Positions 45,041-55,240 of a stretch of DNA of 64,000 nt are shown here, piece after piece. Numbering within the stretch: position 1 is the stretch's first letter; each line of letters starts with the position of its first letter. The stretch comes from a virus (lineage: Duplodnaviria > Caudoviricetes), in the IMG/VR virus record IMGVR_UViG_3300033067_001299, positions 7,769 through 71,768 of that record; one strand, given 5' to 3'. The position numbers and the translations under genes were made by a program. The notes under the pieces were generated by a model that saw only the letters and a program-made list of their open reading frames with translations, had not been told where the DNA came from and did not search any database.

Positions 45041-45256
45041 TTACAGCGCGGTCGTAGCGTTTTTGTGGCCGACGGCATCGACGTTGACGTCGACCCTGAC
45101 CACCTTGCGCTCGCCGGTTTGAACGGAGCCGGACAGGTCTTTCGCCCAGCCGGCCGCACACCACCTCGACCCGATCTCGTCGGGAACATTCTTCACGTCC
45201 TCGGCATCGAGGACGTACCCATCGGACTTGATGGACTCCAACGCTTCAATCTTCAT
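45041..45256 (-). CDS. hypothetical protein
   Basis: 71-aa ORF. Confidence 0.5.
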   Translation of the reverse strand: MKIEALESIKSDGYVLDAEDVKNVPDEIGSRWCAAGWAKDLSGSVQTGERKVVRVDVNVDAVGHKNATTAL

Positions 45257-45262
45257 AGAACC

Positions 45263-47425
45263 TCACACGACAAAAGCCCGGTCTCCCGGATGAACGACAA
45301 AAACTCGATCCGAAGCTCGGATCAAGAAAATCCGATCACCGCTCGGAGCGAACACGATCTGTCCGCCAAAAGCGATCTGATCGAAAGACAGCGGATGCAA
45401 AGACCCGTCCGCGTAAATCGTGTAATAAGGGCTGAGCGCGACGGCGTCGGACACATGCTCGCTCATCGCGTCGCGCACGATCAGCGAGTAGCTGTCTCCG
45501 AGATCGAACGCATCCGCGATATGGACGTGCATCTGGTGATCGACGATCAGGCCGACTCCGAGCAATCCGAGCGCGTCAGAAACGTGACCGTGCAGCGTGT
45601 CGGACAATGAAATCAGGTTTCTCTGCGTCAGCGTCAACCGGAGCACACCATGAGCGTGCAGAGACTCGGCCACGAGCAGCGTGTTACTCTGCGGCATGAC
45701 CGCGATATGATCGCCGTAGAGCGCGTGAGCGCCGTCGGATACCGCCAGAAAACCGGGCAGCAACAGCGTCGGAGTTTCGACGAGATGCGCGTGAAGTGAG
45801 TCGGCCAACACCAGACGGTTCGCTTGCATCAGGCCGACTGAATCGACGAGATGGACGTGATCCGAATGGTTCACCGGAAGCGCGTTGGCGACGAGCAGGA
45901 TTACCGAGTCCGAAATGTGCGCGTGCGATCCGTCCGCCAATCCCAGCGCGCTTTGCTGGATCAGACCGAGCGCGTCGACGGCGTGCGCGTGAAGCGACTC
46001 GGCCAGCGCGATCAGGTTCGCTTGCAGCAACACAATCGCGTCGGAAAGGTGCGCGTGAGCGGATCGCGTCGGAGACAGGATGCCCGTCGTCGACAGTCCG
46101 AGCACATCGACGAGATTGACGTGCGACGCATCGCTGGTTTCCAGACGGTTGGCTTGCGTCAAGAACGTCAAATCGGACAGATGGTTGTGACGAGACTCGC
46201 CGATGCCGAGAACCGAAAGAGACGACGGGTTGGCGTTTTCGGAGGTGTGCGCGTGAAGCGCGTCGAACGGCCCGATCCGGTTCGCTTGCGCGAGATCGAC
46301 GTTGTCGGCCGTGTGCGGGAAGTGACGGCATCGGTCGGCGGACAAAATGCCAGAGCTGTTGATGGTGATGCTGGCGCTGTGGTGAAGGTGCAAAGCGTCC
46401 AACAAAACGAGCCGATTCGCCTGCGAGAACGCCATGCTGTCCGACGACAAAACGTGGCGCGCTTCCGCAATCGATAGCTGCGCGATCAGTCCCAGGTTCG
46501 TCGCATCGGAAAGGTGTGCGTGCGAGCCGTCAGACGACGAAAGCAGATTCGCCTGCGTCAGAGAAACGGAGTCTGAAAGGTGGGCGTGCGGCGCGTCGGC
46601 CAGCGTCAGCAGGTTCGCCTGAGTCGGAGAGAGCGCGTCGGCCGAATGGCCGTGCAGAGAATCCGACAGCGAGATGCGGTTCGCCTGCCAGAGCGCGAAC
46701 GAGCCGTCTCCAACGTGCTGGTGAAGGGTGTCGCTCGGCTCCAAAATGCTCGTGGAACCGAGAACGACGATCTGCCAGTTCGTCCATAGCGTGCTCAGCC
46801 CGTCGTTGACGGTTCTGACCGACGCTTCGAGCGTCTGATCGGAGCGAAGGTTGACGGTGAAGTCGGCGAACGTGCTCGGCAGCTCGCCGATGACGTGTAT
46901 GTAGGAATCGTCTTCGTCGATCCGATAGCGCAACTCGTATATCGGATGGTCGTCCGGCCCCCAAGTAGTGGGATCGGTCCAGTTGATCAAAAAACGGTAT
47001 TCGGTCGTCTGGCCATACAGTGCGAGCAGGTTGTTGGACGAGTGATCGTGATAGCCGCCGACCAAGACCATCGAGACGCCTGGACTCGCGCGAAACGGCA
47101 AGGTGCGCAGACGGCTCGTCGCGTCGGACGGATAAAGATAGGCGTAGGTTCCGATGGTCGCCACGTCGGATGACGGAGCGCTCGTGGCGTCCTGCACGGT
47201 CAGTCGAGGGTTGTGCGGAAGGTATCCGATCAGCTCGCCAGAATGGCCGTGCGACGAGTCGGAGACCGACAGCGTCCATCCCTGAGAGAGCGCTTTCGTT
47301 TCTGCGCCATGACCGTGCGCGGCGTCGTGCGCTGTGATCGCGTTGTAAATCTGGACATGATCGAGATCGTCCGACCAGACGAGAGCGCCGCCCGCTTCTC
47401 CGAGAGAACCGTAGCGCAGCGACAT
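45263..47425 (-). CDS. His-rich ~25-aa-repeat virion protein with an FN3-like insert
   Basis: About 20 repeats of D/ES-x-HAH-x-SD...L-x-Q-x-N-x-L; the true start MSLRYG lies inside ORF 45263..47701. Confidence 0.7.
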   Translation of the reverse strand: MSLRYGSLGEAGGALVWSDDLDHVQIYNAITAHDAAHGHGAETKALSQGWTLSVSDSSHGHSGELIGYLPHNPRLTVQDATSAPSSDVATIGTYAYLYPSDATSRLRTLPFRASPGVSMVLVGGYHDHSSNNLLALYGQTTEYRFLINWTDPTTWGPDDHPIYELRYRIDEDDSYIHVIGELPSTFADFTVNLRSDQTLEASVRTVNDGLSTLWTNWQIVVLGSTSILEPSDTLHQHVGDGSFALWQANRISLSDSLHGHSADALSPTQANLLTLADAPHAHLSDSVSLTQANLLSSSDGSHAHLSDATNLGLIAQLSIAEARHVLSSDSMAFSQANRLVLLDALHLHHSASITINSSGILSADRCRHFPHTADNVDLAQANRIGPFDALHAHTSENANPSSLSVLGIGESRHNHLSDLTFLTQANRLETSDASHVNLVDVLGLSTTGILSPTRSAHAHLSDAIVLLQANLIALAESLHAHAVDALGLIQQSALGLADGSHAHISDSVILLVANALPVNHSDHVHLVDSVGLMQANRLVLADSLHAHLVETPTLLLPGFLAVSDGAHALYGDHIAVMPQSNTLLVAESLHAHGVLRLTLTQRNLISLSDTLHGHVSDALGLLGVGLIVDHQMHVHIADAFDLGDSYSLIVRDAMSEHVSDAVALSPYYTIYADGSLHPLSFDQIAFGGQIVFAPSGDRIFLIRASDRVFVVHPGDRAFVV

Positions 47426-47772
47426 TACTGCTCGTTCCCGAATCCGGTGATGCCGGTCGGAGCCATCGGTAGGGTCCTGGTGATCGTGATCCAGTCTGAA
47501 TGGCATCCGTCGACCGGAGGATCGCCGCACGAATAGCCGGTAGGCGCTTTCGCTCGCGCTGTTCCGACGACCTGCTGTCCTTGATTCACGGACAGATCGA
47601 GCGTGACCTTTCCGGCGGCAAGCAGCCCGGTCTGGCAGACGCCGCCGTTGCCGCACACCTCGACGGTCGTCCCGATGGGCCAGTCGATTCCCGGCCCCCA
47701 CGAGAAGGTGACGGATCTCGCCAAAGCGGTGGATGAGACCAGCAGCAGCAGCAGCAGCGCGAGTTCACGCAT
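47425..47772 (-). CDS. signal-peptide protein with Ig/FN3-like fold
   Basis: MRELALLLLLLVSSTALA signal peptide; ends APTGITGF. Confidence 0.55.
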   Translation of the reverse strand: MRELALLLLLLVSSTALARSVTFSWGPGIDWPIGTTVEVCGNGGVCQTGLLAAGKVTLDLSVNQGQQVVGTARAKAPTGYSCGDPPVDGCHSDWITITRTLPMAPTGITGFGNEQ

Positions 47773-48358
47773 TGGCGTCCACCATCGTTGCCGGGAATGG
47801 TCCGCCGCCGACTCGCGGAGAACCGGGCTTGTAGAGAATCACCAGATAGTAGCTCCCGATATCCTCGAAGTGGAACCCGGAATACTGGATCGCGATCTGA
47901 CCGTCCAAGACGGACACGGAACTCGATTGCAGCACTGGCGCTTGCGCGTATAGATTCGTCCCCGGTATCACGGCGCACTGCACTCCTGACATCGTCACCG
48001 CTCCGCTCCCGCCGAACAGAGTGCCGTTCAGTCGCAGCTCCGGTATCGAGAAAAGCCCGAGCGCATCGGAGAGATGACCGTGCGACGCTTCGCTGGAGGC
48101 GAGCGGACTCGACTGCGCCAAGACCGGCACGTCAGACAGATTGACGTGCGCGGATTCCGATACCGACAGTGTGCTCGCGACGAGCGTAGAAACCTGATCG
48201 GAAGAGACGGAAGACCTCGCGTCCGACACCAGAAGACCGATGTTCGCAAGAGCGAGCGCGTCAGATGGCGTCGAGTGGATCGCATCGGACACCGATAGAG
48301 CGACGGTGTCGTCGAACGATCCGCCCCAACTGTTTCTCCACGCGGTTCCCCAACTCAC
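47765..48358 (-). CDS. virion-associated protein, paralog of 48371..48835
   Basis: Shared MSW..AW...F, IPELRL and GGGP.PAT.VDANA. Confidence 0.6.
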   Translation of the reverse strand: MSWGTAWRNSWGGSFDDTVALSVSDAIHSTPSDALALANIGLLVSDARSSVSSDQVSTLVASTLSVSESAHVNLSDVPVLAQSSPLASSEASHGHLSDALGLFSIPELRLNGTLFGGSGAVTMSGVQCAVIPGTNLYAQAPVLQSSSVSVLDGQIAIQYSGFHFEDIGSYYLVILYKPGSPRVGGGPFPATMVDANA

Positions 48359-48370
48359 GATGAGCCTCGA

Positions 48371-48835
48371 TCACGCATTGGCGTCGACGACCGTAGCAGG
48401 ATGTGGGCCGCCACCGTTCGCTGGTGGACCCGGATCGTAGAACACCACCAGATAGTCGCTCCCGATATCATCGTACAGAAACGCCGAGTTTCGGATCGCG
48501 ATCTGGCCGCCAGAAACCGAAACCGAAGGAGATCGAAGCACTGGAGCCGACGAGTAGAGGTCCGCTCCAGGAAACACGATCAGCTCCAGTCCGGTCTCCG
48601 TCACCAGACCGTTCGCGTCGTTCATCGTTCCGACCAACCGCAGCTCCGGTATTGCGAAATAACCGATCTGATCGCATGAAGTTCCGTGCGACCCTTCTCC
48701 TACAACCAACGAGAACTCCAGCGAGACGACGACGCCTTCCGTAGAGTGCGCGTGTCCAACTTCTCCGACGGAAAGCTGGACCGGATCTCCAAACGAGTTT
48801 CCGAGAGCGTTGCCCCACGCGGCGTCCCAGCTCAT
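48371..48835 (-). CDS. virion-associated protein
   Basis: Tandem paralog of the neighbouring gene. Confidence 0.6.
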   Translation of the reverse strand: MSWDAAWGNALGNSFGDPVQLSVGEVGHAHSTEGVVVSLEFSLVVGEGSHGTSCDQIGYFAIPELRLVGTMNDANGLVTETGLELIVFPGADLYSSAPVLRSPSVSVSGGQIAIRNSAFLYDDIGSDYLVVFYDPGPPANGGGPHPATVVDANA

Positions 48836-49630
48836 TTACACTGGACCCCATGGCGACACACCTGTTCCAGCACCCGTCACCTGGACTCCGTTCACGTAGG
48901 TGATGTTGGCGCTCACCCGGCCGGAGGTCAGCGAGACTTGGCCTGTTCCGGTGCCCGAACTCAGTAGCACGCTCGTCCCGATATCTCGACCAGTTTGCGC
49001 GGTCGCCCCGAGCCATCTCGCGTTGGCCGGCGAGAAGATCGCGATGTTGTCGGTCGCCGCTGCGGTGAAGGTCGTGCCGGCGGTCAGCGTGACCGTTTTG
49101 GTGCTGCCGGTGTACGCGGAGATGACCGCAAAACCGCCCTGCACGGCGCTCGCCACGTCGTGGATGTAGCAGACGCATCCGACCAGAGCGCTGTCTTCGG
49201 CCGGTCCTGCGGTCAGCGTGAAGCTGGTCTGGCTCGACAGGGTCGCGATGGTGGTGTTGAGCACGGCGTCCGGGATGCCGATCCTGAACGTCGCGGCGAT
49301 GAAGCTGACCGCTCCCGCGTCAACCGTGATCGACGACACCACGATCCAGTATTGCGATCCGGCCGAGTAGAATCCGGCGGTCGTGTTGTCGGCGAGATTG
49401 ACGCTGAACCCGTGGATACCCGTTATCGCGTCGAAATCTGTCCCGTCCGTGTCGAGCAGCGCGACCCCGCTGTCGCTGGCGCGCTGCGTCGTGCCGCCGT
49501 CCTTGTAAATCTCGATGTCCGTCACAGCGAACCCGGTCATCGTGACCGATGCGGTCGGATCGTTCGAGTCGTATGTGGCGAACGGCACGTACAACGTCGT
49601 GCCTGGCCGTACCGTGCCGAAATCAATCAT
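48836..49630 (-). CDS. virion structural protein
   Basis: 264 aa, T/G/A-rich. Confidence 0.55.
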   Translation of the reverse strand: MIDFGTVRPGTTLYVPFATYDSNDPTASVTMTGFAVTDIEIYKDGGTTQRASDSGVALLDTDGTDFDAITGIHGFSVNLADNTTAGFYSAGSQYWIVVSSITVDAGAVSFIAATFRIGIPDAVLNTTIATLSSQTSFTLTAGPAEDSALVGCVCYIHDVASAVQGGFAVISAYTGSTKTVTLTAGTTFTAAATDNIAIFSPANARWLGATAQTGRDIGTSVLLSSGTGTGQVSLTSGRVSANITYVNGVQVTGAGTGVSPWGPV

Positions 49631-49641
49631 TGTTTAACCCT

Positions 49642-52600
49642 TTACTGAGCAAAAATTCTGAGGTTTGTTGGAGCCGACAAAAACCTGATGTAGTTGACAG
49701 CTATCGAGTCCGATCCGTAATTTCCAGCCGCATCATAACATCCGACGTAAAGCGTGTTCGCGCCAAACGTGTACGTGCTGGTATTGCACGAAAATGAAGT
49801 CGTGCCAGAGCAGGCCGTTCCGTTGATCGCGTTCGGTGCGGAGCCAATCCGCCACTTACATCCGGTGACACCGATATTATCCGATGAAGACCCAGCCACG
49901 ATGAGGCTATTGACCATGATTTTCGATGGGTCGCTCGTATTGATCGTTGTTACTGGAGGAACACTGTCTGTTGCGAGAAACGAGATTTCGGATGACTGAT
50001 AACTGTTACAGGCCGACGCTATCGAAGATTCTGCGGCCACACGCGCATAATACATAATATCAGGTTGTGTCGGTCCAACCGATATTGAGCTAAATACCGA
50101 GGACGCCGTACTGTACGGTCCACCTTGTACCGTACTCCAATATAACCGATAATTAGCTAAATCACCTGTTAGGGCAGAACCATCTGTATGAGTGGTAATG
50201 TCGCCCCAATCAAACGATATCATGATATTATTCGGCGGATTTGCCACCAATCCAACCATCGCGAGCGATGATGGAATAGAAAGTTTTTTACAAAATGCTG
50301 CCGATACAGTGCAGTTGGCCGTAATCGCGTTCGTGGTATACGTGTTACCAACCAGAGAGCCACCGCATGTACCATCTACGCTCGCAGTATATCCGATGTT
50401 TGGTGTAACGGTCAGAATGGCAGTTGCACCGTTGTTTACAACCTGGCTGATCGGGCTGATGCTGCCATTCGCTCCGGCCGTACCGGTAACAGTGTACGTC
50501 AGTCCAGACAAGTACATTTCGAGATTCGTGTACCCGCTCGCGTGAACGCCGTTTCCATCAGCGCTCGACGATGGGTTCAGGCCGTTCGCGGTCTCCCAGA
50601 CGTTTGGCATCCCGTCGCCGTCCGTGTCGGTGCAGGCGGTTCCTGCCACAAGAGATGGGAATCCTCCAACGTCGGCTTCGGTTGTGGGGACGATACCCTG
50701 GTTCGCGCCGTACTCCGATATGACTCGCGCATCGGTGGAATCGCGATTGTCGGACAGAGCGCCGTCGCAACCTAGCTTTTTAGATGCTCCGACCGTTGGC
50801 AAGACGACGGTTTCGAGGTTGGTTGCAAGACTCGTCGTGATGGGATACGTCAGCGCCGTTTGCTCGGAGAATCTGCGATATATCGTCTCTAGAGGACCTG
50901 TCACTGCGGTTGTCAGCCCGTTCATTCTTCCGCACATCGCCCAATCGTCTGACGGCAACGTGGGAGCCGAGTTGCCAATATTGCCGTCGATATAGATGCT
51001 CGGGTCTCCGTTCGGAGAATTTGCGTTTCCTGAAGGGAAAACGCGCACCTCCCACTTGGCCGACGTAGACTCGCCACCTGGGTATAGAGGACCACGCTTG
51101 AACAAGTTGCCGATCACGTCAGCCACGATTCCGCCGCCGAGCTGTAGAGCGTCGTTCCTCCAATTGTACGTGATGTTATTGATGTGACGATAGGACTTGA
51201 CCAGCATAGCCGGGTTTCGCTCGGATGTGTTCGCGAACAAAGAGTGGTGCGTATCGAGGTTACGCATATTATCAGCCGACTCTCTGGTAGAACCTCCAGA
51301 AAAGAAATTCATCGGATGGGCGTTTAGCGGCTCGGCGAAGATACTCCACGATGTCGTGACATTTCGCAGTTGTTTTGTCGGTCCAGATGAAAGACCCATA
51401 TTCTCGTCTTTTGTCCAGAAAACAGACAGATGATCTAGAATAACACGGTTGCCGTGCCCGAGCACTTTCAGCGTATCACCGTACTGAGATGTGACCGTGG
51501 AATTTCCAGCTCTAAATCTGACATGCCGGATCACGATATCGTTGGCATCCACGATGAACAGATCGTTGGTTCCGGTGAGCTGTTTTCCCGATATCTGAAT
51601 ACCGCCACCTGGCGCGGTGTGCCCCGCTATCGTTAGGTACGGGTTGGAGACGGTGAGTTGCGATAAAAGCTCTATCGTACCTCCAGTGTCGAACACTACC
51701 GTCCTGGGTCCGGCAAGCAGCACGCACGCTCGGAAACTGCCAGTACCAGAATCGTTAAGGTTCGTTACCCGACATATCGTCCCACCGCGACCTCCCATCG
51801 CAGTAGCTCCTGCACCTTCCGCACCGGGAAAAGCTGGGATCGTCGGCCTCGCGTTGTAGTGGATGGTCGTGGAGTTGACAGAAGGGTTGCTTGCGGCGTC
51901 TACCGCTCTGACCCTGTAGCGGTAGATCGTCGGCTGAGGCGCTGCGGTGAGGCCGGAATGGGTGTAGCTGTTGGTCGCCGATACTCCGATCTGCGCGTAG
52001 TTCGTGCAGTTGTACCCGGCGCACGCATCGATCTGATAGCCAGTCACGCCGACGTTGTCGGTGCTCGCGTTCCAATCCAGCGTCAGGCTGGTATTCGAAG
52101 CGCTGTCGGCGTTCAGGCCGGTCGGCGCGGTCGGCGCTTGCGAGTCGGCGAAGGTGGCCGACACCGTGCAGTTCGCGGTGATGGCGTTGGTCGTATACGT
52201 GGTTCCGACAAGCGAGCCGCCGCAGGTGCCTCCGACGCTCGCGGTGTATCCGCTGTTTGGGGTGACGGTGAACGCGGTTGTCGATCCACTATTGACGGTC
52301 TGCGGTGTGTTCGGGCTGATCGTCCCGTTCGAACCAGCAGATGGTGTCACGGTATAGGTAGTTGTACCAGAAGCGTACTCGTGCGCGCCTATATCTGGCG
52401 CTGCTCCAGAATAGGTGAGTTGAGGCCATCCTCCGACCGCAGCGTTGGGATCATTGACGACAACACCAGCGTCAATCGCCGGACTGCCTGGCGATAAGTG
52501 CCACCAATTTTGCGTGGCAGTATTCGTCGATACCAACATTGGATCGCTCGTGACGTTTCCAGAATGCGATGCTCCCATGGTGTTTATCTGACTAACGGTC

Positions 52601-53793
52601 CACCTTAGACAGAGACCAGAACTACATGGGCCGCCGACGTATGCGATGGCGCTCGGCTCACTCGGTCGGTAAGCGCCGGAGTTATATGGCCTAATAATGT
52701 TATTTTTGAGCGTGTTCCCGCAAAAATCGCTCGCGATGAGTTCAGACACATTGTTTCCGCAGTTTGGTGAGCCGCCCAGATACCAAAAAAGCACCCCAAC
52801 GTACCAGTCATTTATATTCGGGTTTGGAAGTTTCGATGTCGGGTCTACAATATTGTTGTAGAATTTATTATTTCTGGTTATGTTGCCAGTCAAGCCGGCG
52901 CTAATTCCTATCGCCATGAACGGAGCTGACGCATTAGAGGCTGGGGTATTATAAAATGTGTTGTTGTAAAACCAGTTATTCTCGATAGTGGAATTGCCGT
53001 GATATTCGTTAATCTCAAAAGCGCGCGCTCTGAAATTGTATGCGACGTTATTGCGAAATGTGTTGTGTGCGGTATCTAGTATCTGAAGTACATTCTTGCC
53101 ATCGCAGGACGATCCTCCAGTACAGGAGACTCCGCAATCTTTTAAAAAGTTGCCTTCTATAAGATTGTATTCAGACCACGCTATTTCTATGCAGTGTCCA
53201 TATGGGCTAGAAATGATGTTGTTGGTGATCCGATTATGCGTGGCGTGAGGCGCAGGAGGCGCTGGACCGACCCAAACCGCGCCATGATCTCCAGGACCGA
53301 TATAGTTGTTATCGAGTGTGTTGTAATTCCCATCTATGTGAACGGACTCGTAGTTGTCTCCTGTCGGAAAGTTGTTAGTTGAGATTTGATCGATATAAGA
53401 GTTGCGGTAAATATTGTGGTCTCCGGCAATAAATATACCATTAGAGACCGGGTGATCATAGAGATCGATATTGTCTATGATATGATAATTACCGGAAATA
53501 GTAATAGCATTGCCGTCGGCAGTAGCGTTATTTGGATTTACCCTAGGATTGAAACCGTCTCCAGATTTGATCGTCAAAGTAGCGCCAGCCGAGCAATTTT
53601 TCCCTAAGTCAAGCTGCTCAGCGTAATCCGAATTGCTCCGCACTTCGATAATATCGCCGCACGACGATCCGTTATAAACGCCTTGGATGGTTGTCCCATT
53701 GCAACCAGATGAACATACAGTTCGAGTTGCGGATAAAGCAGCAGACTGTGCAGCCACGAGTAAAATGAACAGGATCGCTCTAAAGTAATTCAT
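49642..53793 (-). CDS. 1383-aa multidomain secreted-type protein: beta-helix, B-repeats, FN3, pectate-lyase-like domain
   Basis: Signal peptide; parallel beta-helix repeats; SPAIDAG; two InlB-B-like repeats; FN3 (APTAPTGL); AFPGAEGAG...GGRGG...VTNLNDSG.GSFR lyase start; DTDGDGMPNVWE. Confidence 0.75.
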   Translation of the reverse strand: MNYFRAILFILLVAAQSAALSATRTVCSSGCNGTTIQGVYNGSSCGDIIEVRSNSDYAEQLDLGKNCSAGATLTIKSGDGFNPRVNPNNATADGNAITISGNYHIIDNIDLYDHPVSNGIFIAGDHNIYRNSYIDQISTNNFPTGDNYESVHIDGNYNTLDNNYIGPGDHGAVWVGPAPPAPHATHNRITNNIISSPYGHCIEIAWSEYNLIEGNFLKDCGVSCTGGSSCDGKNVLQILDTAHNTFRNNVAYNFRARAFEINEYHGNSTIENNWFYNNTFYNTPASNASAPFMAIGISAGLTGNITRNNKFYNNIVDPTSKLPNPNINDWYVGVLFWYLGGSPNCGNNVSELIASDFCGNTLKNNIIRPYNSGAYRPSEPSAIAYVGGPCSSGLCLRWTVSQINTMGASHSGNVTSDPMLVSTNTATQNWWHLSPGSPAIDAGVVVNDPNAAVGGWPQLTYSGAAPDIGAHEYASGTTTYTVTPSAGSNGTISPNTPQTVNSGSTTAFTVTPNSGYTASVGGTCGGSLVGTTYTTNAITANCTVSATFADSQAPTAPTGLNADSASNTSLTLDWNASTDNVGVTGYQIDACAGYNCTNYAQIGVSATNSYTHSGLTAAPQPTIYRYRVRAVDAASNPSVNSTTIHYNARPTIPAFPGAEGAGATAMGGRGGTICRVTNLNDSGTGSFRACVLLAGPRTVVFDTGGTIELLSQLTVSNPYLTIAGHTAPGGGIQISGKQLTGTNDLFIVDANDIVIRHVRFRAGNSTVTSQYGDTLKVLGHGNRVILDHLSVFWTKDENMGLSSGPTKQLRNVTTSWSIFAEPLNAHPMNFFSGGSTRESADNMRNLDTHHSLFANTSERNPAMLVKSYRHINNITYNWRNDALQLGGGIVADVIGNLFKRGPLYPGGESTSAKWEVRVFPSGNANSPNGDPSIYIDGNIGNSAPTLPSDDWAMCGRMNGLTTAVTGPLETIYRRFSEQTALTYPITTSLATNLETVVLPTVGASKKLGCDGALSDNRDSTDARVISEYGANQGIVPTTEADVGGFPSLVAGTACTDTDGDGMPNVWETANGLNPSSSADGNGVHASGYTNLEMYLSGLTYTVTGTAGANGSISPISQVVNNGATAILTVTPNIGYTASVDGTCGGSLVGNTYTTNAITANCTVSAAFCKKLSIPSSLAMVGLVANPPNNIMISFDWGDITTHTDGSALTGDLANYRLYWSTVQGGPYSTASSVFSSISVGPTQPDIMYYARVAAESSIASACNSYQSSEISFLATDSVPPVTTINTSDPSKIMVNSLIVAGSSSDNIGVTGCKWRIGSAPNAINGTACSGTTSFSCNTSTYTFGANTLYVGCYDAAGNYGSDSIAVNYIRFLSAPTNLRIFAQ

Positions 53794-53805
53794 TCGCTAT
53801 CCTTT

Positions 53806-54546
53806 TCACGCTGGCTTGACCGCGATGCCGATCACTCCCCAATCGATCAAATTTTCTGCTGCTCCAGATATCGTGAAGTCCATGCTAGTCGATGTCGAAG
53901 TCGCAACTTTGGTCTGGATAATAAAAAATTCATTTACAGATACCACGGCGTCGTAAACGGTCGTTCCGCCGTCAGAGGTTATCGTCCTAGATGTTCCTGT
54001 TTGATCGACGTGCCAGCAAACGGCGATGACTAAATCGTCTACAGCCGACGAGACCGAAACGGAAGGTGTCATGTCGGATAACCCATGCCCTGTAGCCGTT
54101 GCAACCGTTCCGAGCGGCGTCGATTGGTTGACGCCGGCGAGCAAGATAGTCCCGCCTACTGTCTCATCGTTGGCCGAAGGCCACAAATAATAGCTCGTGC
54201 TGGTTTGCTCGGTCGGGGCGACTAGCGTGTAAAGGCTCAATTTCCCGTATAGGCCAATATCGACAGTGCTGCCCTGTTTGGTGAATGCCGTCCCGCCAGA
54301 TCCACCCCATCGCACAGCGCTCGGGTCTACAGGAGTCGTGGCTCCGCTCGCGATTCCGGCGAGCAGCAATCGGTTGCTGCCACTTACGCTCCAGCTCCCG
54401 CTTGTGAGCGATGCGACATTGCTCGCAGAAAACAGATCGGCGTGCGTGCCGACAAACACCGGAGACCCGCCGCCGGACGCAGGTCGAGTCCCACCGACCA
54501 TAAAGCCGCCCATCGGGCCTCTCATCGGACCTTGCAAGACGCTCAT
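53806..54546 (-). CDS. virion-associated protein
   Basis: 246 aa, S/T/G-rich beta protein. Confidence 0.5.
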   Translation of the reverse strand: MSVLQGPMRGPMGGFMVGGTRPASGGGSPVFVGTHADLFSASNVASLTSGSWSVSGSNRLLLAGIASGATTPVDPSAVRWGGSGGTAFTKQGSTVDIGLYGKLSLYTLVAPTEQTSTSYYLWPSANDETVGGTILLAGVNQSTPLGTVATATGHGLSDMTPSVSVSSAVDDLVIAVCWHVDQTGTSRTITSDGGTTVYDAVVSVNEFFIIQTKVATSTSTSMDFTISGAAENLIDWGVIGIAVKPA

Positions 54547-55103
54547 TTAAAACTCTCTTGGCTACGAATCTTATTTAAAACTTGCAATACTTCTTCTCGT
54601 GAGACCAGCGAGCGATTACCATGTGCGTCATTTTCGTAATACGATCTACCAGAATGATATGGTAAGCTCGCCCACTCGCGAGAGAGCGCGTCGGCAAATT
54701 GGTTGTCGGCATCGACGGAGTTACCAGAAGCCCACTTGGACCAGCCGCGCCGCCTGAGCAACTGCATGGCGAGCAAGTCTTGAGTCTCCGAGTCGAACAG
54801 GTCCGACATTTTCCAGTCAGGATCGAGCAATCCGATCAGAGTTGAACGGATTATCTGGTATCGTCCGACCGCGCTGTATCCCTGTCTCGAAGAGAATTTT
54901 GACTGATAGCGGCGGATCGCATCGGACTGCCAGCCGAGAACCTCGTCGATGGTCATCGACGTGATCGGCTTGATCGGAGGGAAGACTTTGAACGCCTGGC
55001 TGACGACCACGTCGTAGCCGCTCGACACGCCCTGAGACTGGGCGGAGCTTTCAGACTCGTGGCGCGCGATGAGATCGAGCAGAGGATTTGGGTTCAAATA
55101 CAT
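54543..55103 (-). CDS. endolysin (lysozyme-like muramidase)
   Basis: LLDLIARHES...AVGRYQII..TL...F....QD.LA..LL...EWASLP. Confidence 0.85.
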   Translation of the reverse strand: MYLNPNPLLDLIARHESESSAQSQGVSSGYDVVVSQAFKVFPPIKPITSMTIDEVLGWQSDAIRRYQSKFSSRQGYSAVGRYQIIRSTLIGLLDPDWKMSDLFDSETQDLLAMQLLRRRGWSKWASGNSVDADNQFADALSREWASLPYHSGRSYYENDAHGNRSLVSREEVLQVLNKIRSQESFK

Positions 55104-55240
55104 CGCAGCATCTCTCGGAGTTGAACTCGATACGGTGGAGGTCGCACCAGCGGTAGTTGAAGTCGCTGGCCCTTCGGAAGTTGATGCAGCACCGACAGAG
55201 CAGAAACGCCGGAAGATACGCTCGATCTTCCAGAGCAAAC

